A stretch of DNA of 58,834 nucleotides, the filler included, from Basidioascus undulatus (lineage: Eukaryota), in NCBI GenBank assembly GCA_000826855.1. It is 4 parts of 4 records of this genome, joined end to end, with 100 filler letters (N's around TTAATTAATTAA, not from the genome) between each part and the next. Parts side by side here need not be neighbours in the genome. Positions count along the whole stretch, not along the records: positions 1 to 14,648 come from JTLS01000706.1; positions 14,749 to 29,382 come from JTLS01000707.1; 2 more parts are not named here. One strand, written 5' to 3'. Under the pieces are notes generated by a model. The model ran no database searches. It saw nothing but the letters and a program-made list of their open reading frames with translations, and was not told the DNA's origin. Position numbers and translations under genes: made by a program. Below are positions 13,801 through 25,127 of the stretch, piece by piece; within the stretch, counting starts at the first letter, position 1, and the number at the start of each line of letters is the position of its first letter.

Positions 13801-14126
13801 TCGGGCACCTCCTCGCGTCCCCTTCGGGCGCGGCGCGCACTGAGGTCCTCCGCCGCCTGCCGGGCGGGAGCGCCCGCACGCTCACGGAGATGCTCAGGGG
13901 ATTTGGGGAGCTCCATCGGCGGGCGGCGGCGGATGCTGTGGGGGCGGTAGGGGCGCATGAGCATGAGGAGGAGACGGAAGGGAAGGAGGAGGAGGGGCGA
14001 GAGCTGGGTGTACGTGCCGCGGGCGGACTAGGAAGGACGGAGGAGGTTGTGAGGGGCATTTTGGAGGTGATTGAGGGGCTGGGGGAGGGGATGACAGTGA
14101 CGGAGGTCGAGATGAAGAAGGCGTAG
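10890..14126 (+). CDS. WPL1: Wings apart-like cohesin release factor (Wapl/Wpl1/Rad61), multi-exon
   Basis: Disordered S/P/K-rich N-terminus, then KRTYGKSRSF, RESYEEVRARYGVD and DLKSLSELRTLGMDRRFSDELAYLLEGL...VKRASALDVVRKL (start of the WAPL domain). Helical C-terminus includes LRVLINLTN and LALLSNLVE. Confidence 0.88.
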
Positions 14127-14188
14127 TAGCGAGAGGGAGCGCAATTGCAGCAGTATGCATAACTTGACTTGCTTACTTCGACATCTGC

Positions 14189-14648
14189 GAGGGTACTTCA
14201 CCTTGGAGGCGGCGGAACCATCCTTTTCAACACGAGAGGTCATTCCCTCTAGAGACACGCTGTCGCTGTGCGACGGAAGACCTCCACGACTGAACACCGA
14301 AGTTAACCGGAGGGGACGTAACCGCTCTTTCGGTGCAAGTTTAAGAAGAAAAAGGGGCCTGTCTTGGGTTATAGCGCACATGCCTGGAAGTGTAGACAAA
14401 GCCAGGACTTCCAGAAGGCAGGCATTGTCGTAACGATAACCCTCACGAAAGGGACAAGATGTGTATTACCTTTCGTGCTTATCACGGAGCTACCGCCTTC
14501 ACTTAAGAGTGTTCAATCCCAGGTAGTTAACTCCTCGCTCACACTTGGCTTCAAAGCGAGCTTCCTGTTACGTAGTGGTGAAGGGATCCAAGGTGTACCT
14601 CATAGACTGGGAGTGCGCGGGGTTCCTGCCTCTTCACGTCTCTAGGTA
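14189..14648 (+). ncRNA. Unidentified highly structured non-coding element (ncRNA or mobile-element end), truncated by contig end
   Basis: At least seven nested inverted repeats closed by 14189-14207/14587-14601. G-T wobble positions favour the + strand. No convincing ORF. Confidence 0.4.
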
Positions 14649-14748
14649 NNNNNNNNNNNNNNNNNNNNNNNNNNNNNNNNNNNNNNNNNNNNTTAATTAA
14701 TTAANNNNNNNNNNNNNNNNNNNNNNNNNNNNNNNNNNNNNNNNNNNN
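14649..14748. other. Artificial contig spacer (N44-TTAATTAATTAA-N44)
   Basis: Six-frame-stop linker flanked by Ns, identical at all three junctions. Confidence 0.99.
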
Positions 14749-15249
14749 CCCTCCACCCCACCTCGCCTCCCTCCTCCTACCGCAACCTCCTCCCCATCCC
14801 TCCCCGCCGCCTCCCCAGCTTCTTCTGAGCAGCCCCCAACCCCCACCCCAGCCTTTTCTCCCCCGCAAGAGGAAGAAGAGGTGGAAGAAGAAGGGGACGT
14901 GATAGGCCGGGATACGTTTATGTACGACGCTGCGCTCCTGAAACGGCATTTGGAGGAGACGCTCGCCTACTGGGATGGGCGGCGCGAGGCGAGAGGCGTG
15001 AAGGTGGAGGAGACTTGGAAATGCTGGTGCGTTGGTCTTTATCTCCCTCCACCGCTTCTCCGCCTCCCACTTCCACTTTCCCCCACTCCCCGGCCCTCGA
15101 TGGAACATGGACGACTGACAACCTGGGAATGTGTGCTGGGTCGGGTGGACAGGTCGTGCGAGTTTGAGGAAGGCTGCGAGTGGAGGGAGGGCAAGGCGAG
15201 GGAGGCGCTGGAGCGGGCGAGGGCGGCGAGGGGGATGGGGAATGGGTGA
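14749..15249 (+). CDS. EXO5: Exonuclease V (Exo5/Dem1), 3' part only
   Basis: VIGRDTFMYDAALLKRHLEETLAYWDGRREARGVKVEETWKC, intron 15027-15152, then WSCEFEEGCEWRE. This restores the C-terminal CxxCxxxxxC 4Fe-4S motif of Exo5. Confidence 0.88.
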   Translation, partial: PSTPPRLPPPTATSSPSLPAASPASSEQPPTPTPAFSPPQEEEEVEEEGDVIGRDTFMYDAALLKRHLEETLAYWDGRREARGVKVEETWKCWCVGLYLPPPLLRLPLPLSPTPRPSMEHGRLTTWECVLGRVDRSCEFEEGCEWREGKAREALERARAARGMGNG

Positions 15250-16201
15250 GTGACGGGGTGCGGTGTTTAGAGGCTTGTTTCGGGGGCGATGGATTGCTTG
15301 ATTGGGTGTGCGAGCGTGATGTGAGGCGAGAGGCAACAAGAGGAGGATTGGCGCAGTCGAATGGAAAGGGATGGTACACCTCGTTCGATCGTGCTTCCAG
15401 TCAGCTCTGAAATGTGAGGCTACGGTTTCTGAGTTGGCACGGATGCACCCCCGTTCCTCGTGCGCTCAAGGACTAAGAGATTCGTTCATGGCAAGGCGGT
15501 GGGTGCACAGGCTGCGAGGGGCACGACTAGCACGGGGATTGAAGCCGTCGGCGCATATGGCAGGTTCATGCGCTTTCTATCATATTCGGATCTTGGTACT
15601 CAAGCGAAGGAGCTGCAGTACTGGTCTGAATTGCAGATGACACTAGTGTGGACAATTCCTCCTGTACAGCACTCGTCCGAGTGTTGCTCTTTCGCCGTAG
15701 GAGATCTCGCTCAAGACCTTAACTTTACAAAGATGGTGATGTTTGTGATAGAGTTCGATCGGTGTTGCATTATAAGTCCTGCGACAGTGCACCGACTGCA
15801 GGAGTTGCTTACGGTTCACACAGTGCATTCCGCGACACAGCTATCGGTACATACGTGAATGCCTTCTGGAACTTTTTAGGTCCTTTTATGGCAGTGGCAG
15901 CCTCGATCCGATGGTCATTGTCGAGCTAGTTTCAGCTGCCGAACTGGGTACGGGAGAAAATCACCAAGCCTGCCCGCACCGTCGTGTCTCGCTTGAGCAG
16001 TGGGCGGCCTTCCGTAGAGACGCAGTGAGATGAAGGTCTTGCGGCTCTTTCGGGACGCTTCTCAGTCCTTCCCACTTTCCAGGTTCCTCTCGGCGCATGA
16101 GTATATCTACCCCGCAGCTTGCTCGCAGCTTTCCACAACCCAGCTCTCCTCCTCCCTACGACCTCCCACCTCACCCAAACAAGCACCCAATACACCCCCA
16201 A

Positions 16202-16865
16202 ATGTCTTTCATGGGCTCCTCTACGTCTTCCTCCAAGCACGGCGGCCAGGGCGGCGGCCACCACGAGGACAACAAGAAGCTGGAGGGCATCCTCCGCCAG
16301 TTCGATGGCAAGGAAGGCGACGTCCGTGAGATGATCCGCGAGATGTGCGACAAGATCCGGTGAGCGTCCCCCCCACACCCTTCATCTTGCGCTCTCGAGA
16401 ACGTCAAAAGCTGAACACTGGACGGGCATGGAAAAGAGATGAGTTCAAGCAGGACAACGTCCTCGTTATCCAGCACGACCATGAGAACAAACTCCACCTC
16501 AAGGACGTCCGTGCCCAGGCGCACTGCGAGCTCAAGGACCGGGAGAAGGGCAAGCGCCGCTTCGGCGCTCGTGTCTTCGGCGAAGGTGGGCTTCATCCCA
16601 GCTCTGCGAACACCAGAGTCCACGCTGACGTTCGCATTCTCGCTGGCAGGCACTCTTAACGACGCCCGCAACTTCCAGTGGGTCCGCTGGACAGAAAAGT
16701 ATTTTATAGTATTAGATTGACCAGGCTTGTCTTCTTAGGGGCCGCGACGAGCAGCTCGCCGGCTGGGCCAGCTGGGAGATGCAGGGCGACAAGGTCGTCT
16801 TCCGCCGCCCGCACAGCGAGAACGACCGCAAGCGCCTCGACCTAAACGACTCGGGACGTCAGTAA
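16202..16865 (+). CDS. Small hypothetical protein, 4 exons
   Basis: Strong codon bias. Introns at about 16360-16436, 16586-16649 and 16682-16724 give MSFMGSS...DNVLVIQHDHENKLHLKDVRAQAHCELKD..RFGARVFGEGTLNDARNFQWACLLRGRDEQLAGWASWEMQGDKVVFRRP...*. Confidence 0.75.
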
Positions 16866-17558
16866 ATCCATACCTGTGGCGCAGTTGGTTGCCTGTGTGA
16901 CTTTACGAGAACATTCTGGTGCGTGGGCTTCGCTGACTGCCTGGCTTGGGCTGGCGCAGCGAGTGACGAGCTTCGGCGAATCATTTGGTCCCAGCGCGGG
17001 CGTGCGAGTGCATGTACCAGATCGTCGACTTGAATGAATGCAATTTGTGTCCCAATGTCTGGGCTGAGGACCAGTCTGGCGTGAAACGACATTTCAGTAT
17101 ACATTAATGGGGCTAAGTAGCAATGTGGCTCTTGGTCTGAAGAAGGCTCTTCTATCCGCGCTCGTTTCAAACTGTTTACAATTTGTGTTACATCTTCCAG
17201 AGTATGCAGATTGGAAACTAGGGCTGACGTTGGACGGGGAACTGTGGCTGGTGTTGTTGTTTTATCTGTGTTGCGTGAAGCTCGCTGCCTGCCACCTGCA
17301 TTGCTGTTGGCTCCCTTGCACTGCTCGGGCCCTTTCCCATCACGCTAACTCTCTCTCCATTCATTCCCGCATGAGCACCCCCCCCCCAACCTCTTGGGCA
17401 TCTGGACCGCCCGCGACGAGCGCCTATACTTGTCGCACGCCCTTGGCGCCGTCTCGCTCGCCGTGCTAAAGCGCGAGGAGGAAAAGCTCTAACAGGACGC
17501 CGACCAACACGAGTGGGACATTCTCGGAAGCATGTCGTTTTGGGAGCTTACTTGCGCT

Positions 17559-17650
17559 GTTTGGTTGGAGAAGAAGTTCCAAGAGTTCAATGTGCGCGTT
17601 CAGAGGGCATGGGTACCGGCGCACATTGGGAAAGTCGGTGTCTTCGTTCA
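17559..17650 (+). pseudogene. Possible RNase H-like relic
   Basis: One frame reads WLEKKFQEFNVRVQRAWVPAHIGK, resembling the WVPxHxG motif of RNase HI domains. The flanks contain stops. Confidence 0.3.
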
Positions 17651-18974
17651 AATTCCCTAAGGTATCGTAATATCAATATGAATCGATGTAACATTGTACA
17701 GAGCTTCGAGAACGCCGCGACGAGCGCTTGATCCAGCTGGGACTGTACCGCGGCGAGGCTTACTCGCCGGTACCCTAGTGCGTGAGCGCGTCGCTGCTTC
17801 CATTTCCATTACAGCTTTGAAAAGATTCAACTTTTAGAATCCTCTTTTCCAAGTGCTGACAACATCGATCTGGGCCCCCTTCAGTCGAGTGCGACCCACC
17901 CGAAGCACTCCTGTCAGCGACGTCAGCGCACTCGTCCTCTGCAGCCCTGCCCAAGGCGCATTAATACTCAGCAGGCAATGGCGGATATTATGTTTGAATT
18001 CACGAAGAATGTAATCAATGCAATATGCGTGACTCAAAGATTGCGATGGCGGGTGCAGTGAAGTACGAAGACACACTCGTTGGAGGTTCATACTCGCCAT
18101 AAAGCCGAGCAACGCACTGGAGGAGTTCGGATTTCGATGTTGCCTTCTAATATCACAAGAGCTTTTTAAGAGCATCTTCAGATGATAATGTGAGGAAATT
18201 TTCCAGACGCAGCGTGCAGTCTGAGCACCTGGCCGCGCTCAGCTCCTTCACTCCTTCCACTCTCCACCTCACGATGTTACGCAAGTCAAGTCCTAACTTG
18301 CAATTATCAAGCCCAAGAATCCCCACACACATGACATACAAAAAAGCCCAGCTGGGAACCCTGTCTGTGACGGAATGAGAGCGCGCGACGAGGGCGCATC
18401 GTCGAACGAGGGCGGAACCAAGTGGGGTTCGTTCAGAAGATCCAAGTCAGTCGAAAGGGGCGTGCGCTGCGCTCGCTCGGGAGTACAGCCGCCCCCCCGT
18501 GTTGTAGCGCGTCACGGCTTGGCTCACCGCCATCGCCATCGCCACCGCCGCCGCCGCCGTGCCCCAAGATCAGCCCATCGATCCTATCTCCCGCCCATTC
18601 CAGCCCATCGTGCACCCCGCCGACGCTGGCGATCACGGTATCGAGCACCTGTGAGTCCTCGCCGAGCCCAGGGGCCGTTGGCATGCGGACTGGCTGACTC
18701 GCAATGGTGCAGGAGGGTGTTTGATTGGTTACTGGGGATCCTCGGGGCGCGTGGTTTGCAGAAAGAGGTGAGCAACGCATCGGTTCATGTGCGATGAAGA
18801 AAACGCGTCGCGCTCGTGTCTTCATTATCGCCGGGGCGCGTCCTCGCCGCGTTGCCTATCCCGACCGACTCTTGCCTTCCCTCGGCCGCTTTCGCCATTT
18901 TACCTGCCATAAACTTCAGAACTCACCGATCCTTCCAATGTGTGCCACAGAAGCACAGCCGTTTCATCGCACAG

Positions 18975-20661
18975 CATGGCATCCACCCTCTTTCGCCCGC
19001 CGAGCCCGACTTCCTTCGACCGCTTCCTCATCGACCCCGCCCTCCTCTCCCTCAACTGCGCGCCTTCATCCGCATCCCCGCCAATCCTAAGCCGTACGAA
19101 CTCCACTCCCACTGTACTGTCAGCGCCTCCAGTACGCCCTCCAAGCATCAGATTCCCCTGCCGACGGGCTGCATACTGAAACCCCTCACACAGTCCTCCC
19201 TTCTCCCAGTGCCATCCTCGCTCAAACGTCGCTTCACAGCACCAGACATCTGCACGTCCGAGTTTGGGCCCGCCCCTAAGCGTCCGCGCTCGGCGGCGGT
19301 GGCGGGCGGCGCCTTCAAGCTCGCGGACGTGGAGCGCGACGCGCAGCTGCAGGGGGGGGATGCGGCGGTCCAATGGGACTTTATGGAGTTCGGGCGTGGG
19401 GAGCAATATGAGGGGGAGATAGAAATGGAGTTGGGAAGGCTCTGGGAGAACGGGGAAAGGGCGCAGGTCGTTGCTGAGGGCGTGGAGGAGGAGGACGAAG
19501 ACGCCGAAGAGGTGCGCCGCTCCCTTGCATACCTTCCCAACAAACGCCAATTCTGAAATTCTCCCTCTGGTACAAGCCTCCTTCTCCGCCTAACACAGCT
19601 AGCTTAGCTTTCTTTCCATCACCGCCGCCACTCCCCCCCGCTCCCCAGCGCTCCTTCATCCGCTCGACCTCGCTCCCCACCCAACCTATCGCCTCCTCCT
19701 CGATCCTTCTCCCTGTCGTCCCGTCCTTCCCTCTCCCGTCCTTCACTACTCCCCCTCCTCCGCTCGGTCATAAGCGTCTCGCGTCCAAGCCCCGAACCAA
19801 GTCGTCCAAGCTCGGGACGCTCGCAGCAGCCTCGAATGGCACACCCGAGCCGCGCAGTTCCACGCCCCCGCCGACCCCTCCGAGCCACTTAAAGTCCAAG
19901 AAGCCCAAGAAGTCCAAGAAGCCCAAGAAGCCCAAGAAGCCCAAAGCCTCGCGATACACGCTCGCGCTCAACTCGCCGTCCTTCTCCGCGCCCGCGCCCT
20001 TCCTCCCGCTCCACCCGTCCTTCGTCCCCGCCTCGCCCCACTGCCCAACGCGGCAGCGCGCGCTCTCCACGCCTGCCTCGCGCTCCGAGGCGCGCAGGCG
20101 CGCGACCGCCGCGCTCGAGCTCCCCCCGCCGGCACCCATGCCGTTTGTCGGCGCGCGGATGAAGGTGTTCGACTCGATCCCGGGCGGCGGGGCGGGGCGG
20201 TATGCCCCGCGCATGGGGAGCCCGCTGAGGAGGGTGCTCGCGAGCGCGGAGGGGCTTAGAAAGAAGGAGGGCAGGCTGTGGAGGAGGATGGAGAGGGGTG
20301 AGGAGAGGGCGCAGGCTGGGAGCTGGGTTGGGCTCGGGCAGGTGGAGGAGGAGGAGGAATCCCTCACGGAGAGTGAGGAGGAGGAGAGCGAGGAGGAAGA
20401 GAAGGAGGATGTCGAGTACACTTTCCCGGACTGTGCGTACTTCCACTTCGAAAGGAGGGAGGCGAAGACGAGGCTGACGTGGTTGGGGTGAGGACAGACA
20501 TGACGCCCAGCGAGATACGCCGCCTCCTGCACGGCGACAACTGGGCCGAGAACGAGGCGGAGGATGTGGACCTGGACGTCAACAAGGAGAAGGAGGTCGA
20601 CGAGGAGCTGGTTGGGGAGGAAGGGGAGGACGTCGTGATGGACGACGTCCGCTGGCGCTAG
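18975..20661 (+). CDS. Hypothetical low-complexity (Pro/Ser-rich, acidic tail) protein, about 4 exons
   Basis: MASTLFRPPSP... joined by GT-AG introns through ORFs 18816-19556, 20138-20491 and 20479-20661. NLS-like LKRR and PKRPR stretches. Confidence 0.6.
19892..19945 (+). repeat. Coding 9-bp tandem repeat, (aagYccaag)x6, encoding KSKKPKKSKKPKKPKKPK
   Basis: Directly visible. Confidence 0.9.
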
Positions 20662-20794
20662 ACGAGCTGCACGATTCCCTTTCGCCTTTTCGATTTCCCT
20701 GAGCACTTTTGGACGTTCACCCCTCCTATCATTACACCGATCCCGCATTTCCCTTATACCTTCACGCACACACACTCACACTCACACCGCTCCC

Positions 20795-20830
20795 CACCGC
20801 ACCGCACCACATCGCACCGCACCGCACCGC
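20795..20830 (+). repeat. Imperfect (caccg)n microsatellite in probable 3' UTR
   Basis: caccgcaccgcaccacatcgcaccgcaccgcaccgc. Confidence 0.8.
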
Positions 20831-21169
20831 ATTGCATTGACACCCACCTGCATCCTCATGTTTTCCTAAAACGTCTTACATCGAGCAACCCTTCTTTTAT
20901 TTCTTCAAAATAATAACTTCCTCATCGCGCAACCACTACGCACACTTCGATTTTCTCTTCGCTTACCCGCTGTAATGATGTCCACTTTAGCGGCTGTTTC
21001 CGCCCGCGCACTGTTGTACCCCTGTCATTCTTTCGCTTACCCCACCGCATTGATATGCGACGACGCATACAGTGTGCGGGTGGTACACGCCTGAACCTCA
21101 ACTGATTCAGGCGCTATTGCATACGCTCTAGCCAGTCAACTGTCCCAAACCGCCCCGCAGCCGCGCGCT

Positions 21170-22365
21170 TCAAACAACCCCCAAGCTGACCGTCCCCGTC
21201 TCTCCACTCTGAGCGCCCCCGCCCTCCTTCTTTACCCCCTCGTTCCGCTTCACCCACTCGCGACCGTTAAACGCCAAGCTGCGCTGCGACGTGGGGAAGA
21301 TCTCGAGCGTGGCGACGCTTACGCGCTCGGGCTGCGCGAGCTGCCAGAGCACGCTGTCCGCGACGTCCTGCGCTGTCAGGGGCTCCATGCCCTCCAACGT
21401 CTGCGAGTTGCCCAAGGAGAAGCCGAGGCGCGTGTTGTGGAAGGAGGTGGAGACGAAGCCGGGGCGGATGGCGAGGACGCTTTGGGGGAGGGGTGTGAGG
21501 AGGAGGGTCGTGCGGCAGGGGGAGATACGTACCGGATGTTCGTACCCCGCATCTCGTTACGGAGGGCCTGGTGGGATGAATCGGTGGGTTCGCGTTTCTT
21601 ACACCATGATGTGCAACGAAGTTCAGCGTACATTGGTGAAACCCTCGAGCGCTGCCTTGCTCGTGTGGTACGAAACTTCGCCACTGCCCGGTCCGGGTAC
21701 TTGGTAGCCAGTGATGCTGCTATGTAATAAATGGGGGTGTTTCATTGGACCGTGAGGTATTTCATGCCGGAGACGACGCACAACGTTGAGGATGGTCCCG
21801 TGCGGACAGGGCTCGCTCTTGAGCATCGCCTTGTTCAAGACTGCGTGCGTGAGGTTCAGAGAGCCGTGCACGTTGGTCATCAGGACTTGGTTTATCTGCG
21901 GAAAGCACGTTTAGATGGGGGAAAAGTCTTGAAAGATGCGCAGGAGGCTCACGTTTTCGAAAGACTGCTCCTGGAAAGGCGCTGGAGCACCAAGCGCAAG
22001 CCCAGCCTGTTGTACGGAGGATGATGAATTGAAGTGGAATTTTCAAGCCAAGTAACGCACATTCTTGATCAAGATATCAATCACCGGTGCCTCCTCCACG
22101 ATCTGGCCCACAGCGTCCTCAACCGCCTCGCGGTCGGCAATGTCGACCGCGTACGTCCACACCTCGCCGTCCCCTGCCTCGCGGACCTCGCTCGCGACTT
22201 CTGCGACATTCTCCTCGTTGCGCCCGATAGCACGACGTTTGCCTGCGCCCGGGCGAGACTGAGCGCGAGGGCGCGGCCGATGCCCGACGTCGCGCCGGAG
22301 ACGAGCGCGGTCTGGTTGGCGAGCTTGTGGGACGCGAAGGTCTCGATGGGGAAGGGGGAGGACAT
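21170..22365 (-). pseudogene. Short-chain dehydrogenase/reductase (YdfG/YMR226C-like), frameshifted
   Basis: SGATSGIG Rossmann motif, (K)NAG, SSITG, catalytic YHTSK, RPGFVST and PLTAQDVAD. A 1-nt deletion at about 22229 breaks exon 1 (VVL/IGRNEE), and intron 3 lacks an in-frame AG acceptor. Confidence 0.8.
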
Positions 22366-22833
22366 GGTAAATGGGTGGGTGTGAGATAAAAGAGGGAGAT
22401 CAAGGGGTCAAGATGCAAGAGCACTTCAAAGGGCCAAGGCTGCGAACGCGGTGAGGTGACGTCGAGATGGGGAGCATGGGGAGCAGTACAGCATGCATGT
22501 GGAGTTTAACAGCCCCGACGACAACGCAGCATGCATGGCATACGCACACGGTCTTTGTTTTTTCGTATAAAGAAGATCTGCTTTTTATCAGGCCGGGGCG
22601 ATGCATGAGGAGTACACCCCTCCTGCTAGGACGTGGCAGTCGACTCTGCGAGCCTTATCGCAGCGCTAGGATGATGCAACTTGAGCGGTGGCTGCCGATC
22701 TGCCGAACGTGAGACCCAACTTGGACAGCGAGCTCGAGCACGTCTTGCCTTCCCGTCCGGCCTGGAGAAACGATCTTTCTCCTTCACCGCCATCATCTTC
22801 TGAGCGATTGAACAGACTGCAATCTATCACAAT

Positions 22834-24586
22834 ATGTCCACCGCTGATGCTCTTGCGGTAGGTCAAGCGGGTGCTCGGTGGTCCCCCCCAGTTGCCTTGC
22901 TGACGTCTTCTCAATCCCCCGTACTTCTAGCTTCGCATCGCCTGGATTGGGTACCGCCTCCCTTTACATATTCACAAGGTAGCCCTTGCTCACATATTAC
23001 TGCTCGAATGCAGCCTGGGCAACCTCGGCCAGCCGATGGCGCTCAACCTGCAGAAGCACCTCTCCTCCAAGAACGCCGCGCACCCTCTGACCGTGTACAA
23101 CCGCACCGCCTCGAAGGCAGATCCAACCGTCGAAGCCGGTGCAAAGAAGGCGTCATCCGTGGAGGAGATCTCCCGCGGGGGGTTCGACGTGGTCATCACG
23201 TCGCTCGCGAACGACGCGGCGGTTGAGGAGGTGTATTCGGTGCTGCTGCAGGGGACCGAAGTGAGTGCTCGAATACCGAGCCGCCATGCGTCCTGCTGAT
23301 GTCTTGAGTGTTACACAGGCTGCAGGAATATCGACTCTCTTGATCGAGACCTCGACGATCTACCCGACCCTGTCGGCAAGCCTCGAGGAGAGGGCGAAGA
23401 AGGTCGACGGCAGGCGGTTCGTGCAGGCGCCGGTCTTTGGACCGCCGCCGATGGCGCGCGAGGCGAAGCTGGTGGTGGTGACTGGAGGGGAGGACAGCGC
23501 CAGGAAGTGCGTTGTTATCTGCTATAGCAATGTTGCGCGTACTGATCTTCCCTGTGCAGGTTGGCAGGCGAAATTCTGGTACCTGCTGGTGCATCTCGTC
23601 CGCCCATGAGCGTCTCATCAACCTGGCTGATCTGAGAATGAGTAAAGTGGGCCGCAAGGTGCTCGACGCCGGCTCGTCCGTCAAAGCTGGTGCGTGTCTC
23701 TCGAACCTCCCACCACTCTTGGCCCAACATCTGAGGGGCAAACCTGATCATACGCCAGCGTCGACGCTCAAGCTCCTTGGAAACAGCCTGATCCTGGGGC
23801 GTACGTCAACCCCAGCCTTCCTGTGTCGATATGAAGCTGATCGCATTGAACACCCAACCTCGCAGTTGTCGAGCTGCTCGGCGAGAGCCTCACTCTTGCG
23901 GACAAGACCGAAGTCGGCGCGGACTTGGTGAGCGCCAACAGTCCGGGCTTTTCTAAGAGCCTTTGAACTTATGCAATCTCTGCTACGCAGCTGTATGAGT
24001 TCGTCAAGGAGTTCCTGCCGGCGCCTTCGTACGTGCAATCCTCTCAGTGCCGTTCGTCACTGCAATTGACCCCCATTCTTCATCATCTCCGTAGCGCAAT
24101 CGGAGTACGTCCACATCAAATCCTTCGCAGTTATCATTGCGCCACAGCTTACAATTAACCTGCTGCTCGGTTCTGCTTCAGTACGGCGGCAAGATCGTCT
24201 CAGACAACTTCGCATCGAACGGCGGGTTCACCATTTCCGGCGGTCTCAAGGTACGTTACCTCTCACGATGTTCCTTCCTCTGCAAACGTCCAGGGGTGCT
24301 GATGCTAGTCCTCTGAGCAGGACGCGATTCACATGCTGACCCTCGCGCGCGAGAACAACTCGCCGCTGCCGACGATCGAGGCTGCGCACCGGAACCTGCT
24401 CACGTCCCGCGCGCTGGGAGGCGGAGACCTCGACTGGTCGTCCTTGGTGAGACCCTTCCTTCCTCTGCGATAACCGGTCCGACTGCTCAGTTCACTCAAT
24501 GCATGCAGGTGGGCGGCTCGCGAGTCGCGTCGGGACAGCACCCCAGGAAGCGGGCGAGTAGCGCTTCGGGAAGAGGAAGGAGGTAG
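22834..24586 (+). CDS. Beta-hydroxyacid dehydrogenase (3-hydroxyisobutyrate/6PGD NAD-binding family), many small exons
   Basis: RIAWIGLGNLGQPMALNL, VYNRTASK, ETSTIYP, FVQAPVFGPP, LKLLGN, GFTISGGLKDA and DLDWSSL assembled across GT-AG introns. Confidence 0.9.
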
Positions 24587-25127
24587 GGATTATTTGGGCG
24601 TACAAGGCTGATTCTTCGGTGGGATGGGGGTAGGGAGAGAGCTTGGACAAGGCGCTCTGAGCGGTTATAGACGAGAGCGATGAGACGTCCGCAGAGACAA
24701 GGATCGGTTGAGGCTGTTGGCTCGCGTGATACTGTCCTCCCACCCGGAGTATTCATCTAGTTATTTCTGCATATTCTTGATGAAGAGAGAAAGGCAGGGG
24801 ATTTACAGTGCGATGTTCCAATTTTCAGGTTGCGACCAGTTCGACTTGAGACAGCGGTCTGTCGCTCGAGCTCCTAGCATGCTGCTTTCATCTGCTCAGA
24901 AGTATCGACCAGCTTTGGGTATTGAATCGTTTGCCAATGTTTTCCTGCTTGTTTTGATTTGATTGTCGCCTGATACATAAGTCGTGAGCTGCGTGCATGC
25001 ACGACCTATCAACCTGACGTCACAGCGAGGTCCACCTCTGACTTCCTCCCCCTTCGTCCTCTTCACCTTTCATCCACGAACGTCCGTCCCCACACAACCT
25101 TTACATTTTTACCTCCAGAGGCACGCC

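Noticed and set aside
14345..14415. RNase P CR-I/CR-V-like words on the - strand (ggaagtcctg ... ataacccaagacaggccc, then TTTTT)
   Set aside because: Only about 40 nt apart with poor P4 pairing, and wobble pairs favour the other strand.
14693..14704. TTAATTAATTAA palindrome as a piggyBac target or regulatory site
   Set aside because: It is embedded in Ns and repeated identically three times: a synthetic linker.
17834..18700. Possible - strand gene starting MPTAPGLGEDSQ
   Set aside because: No convincing spliced model or homology could be established by eye.
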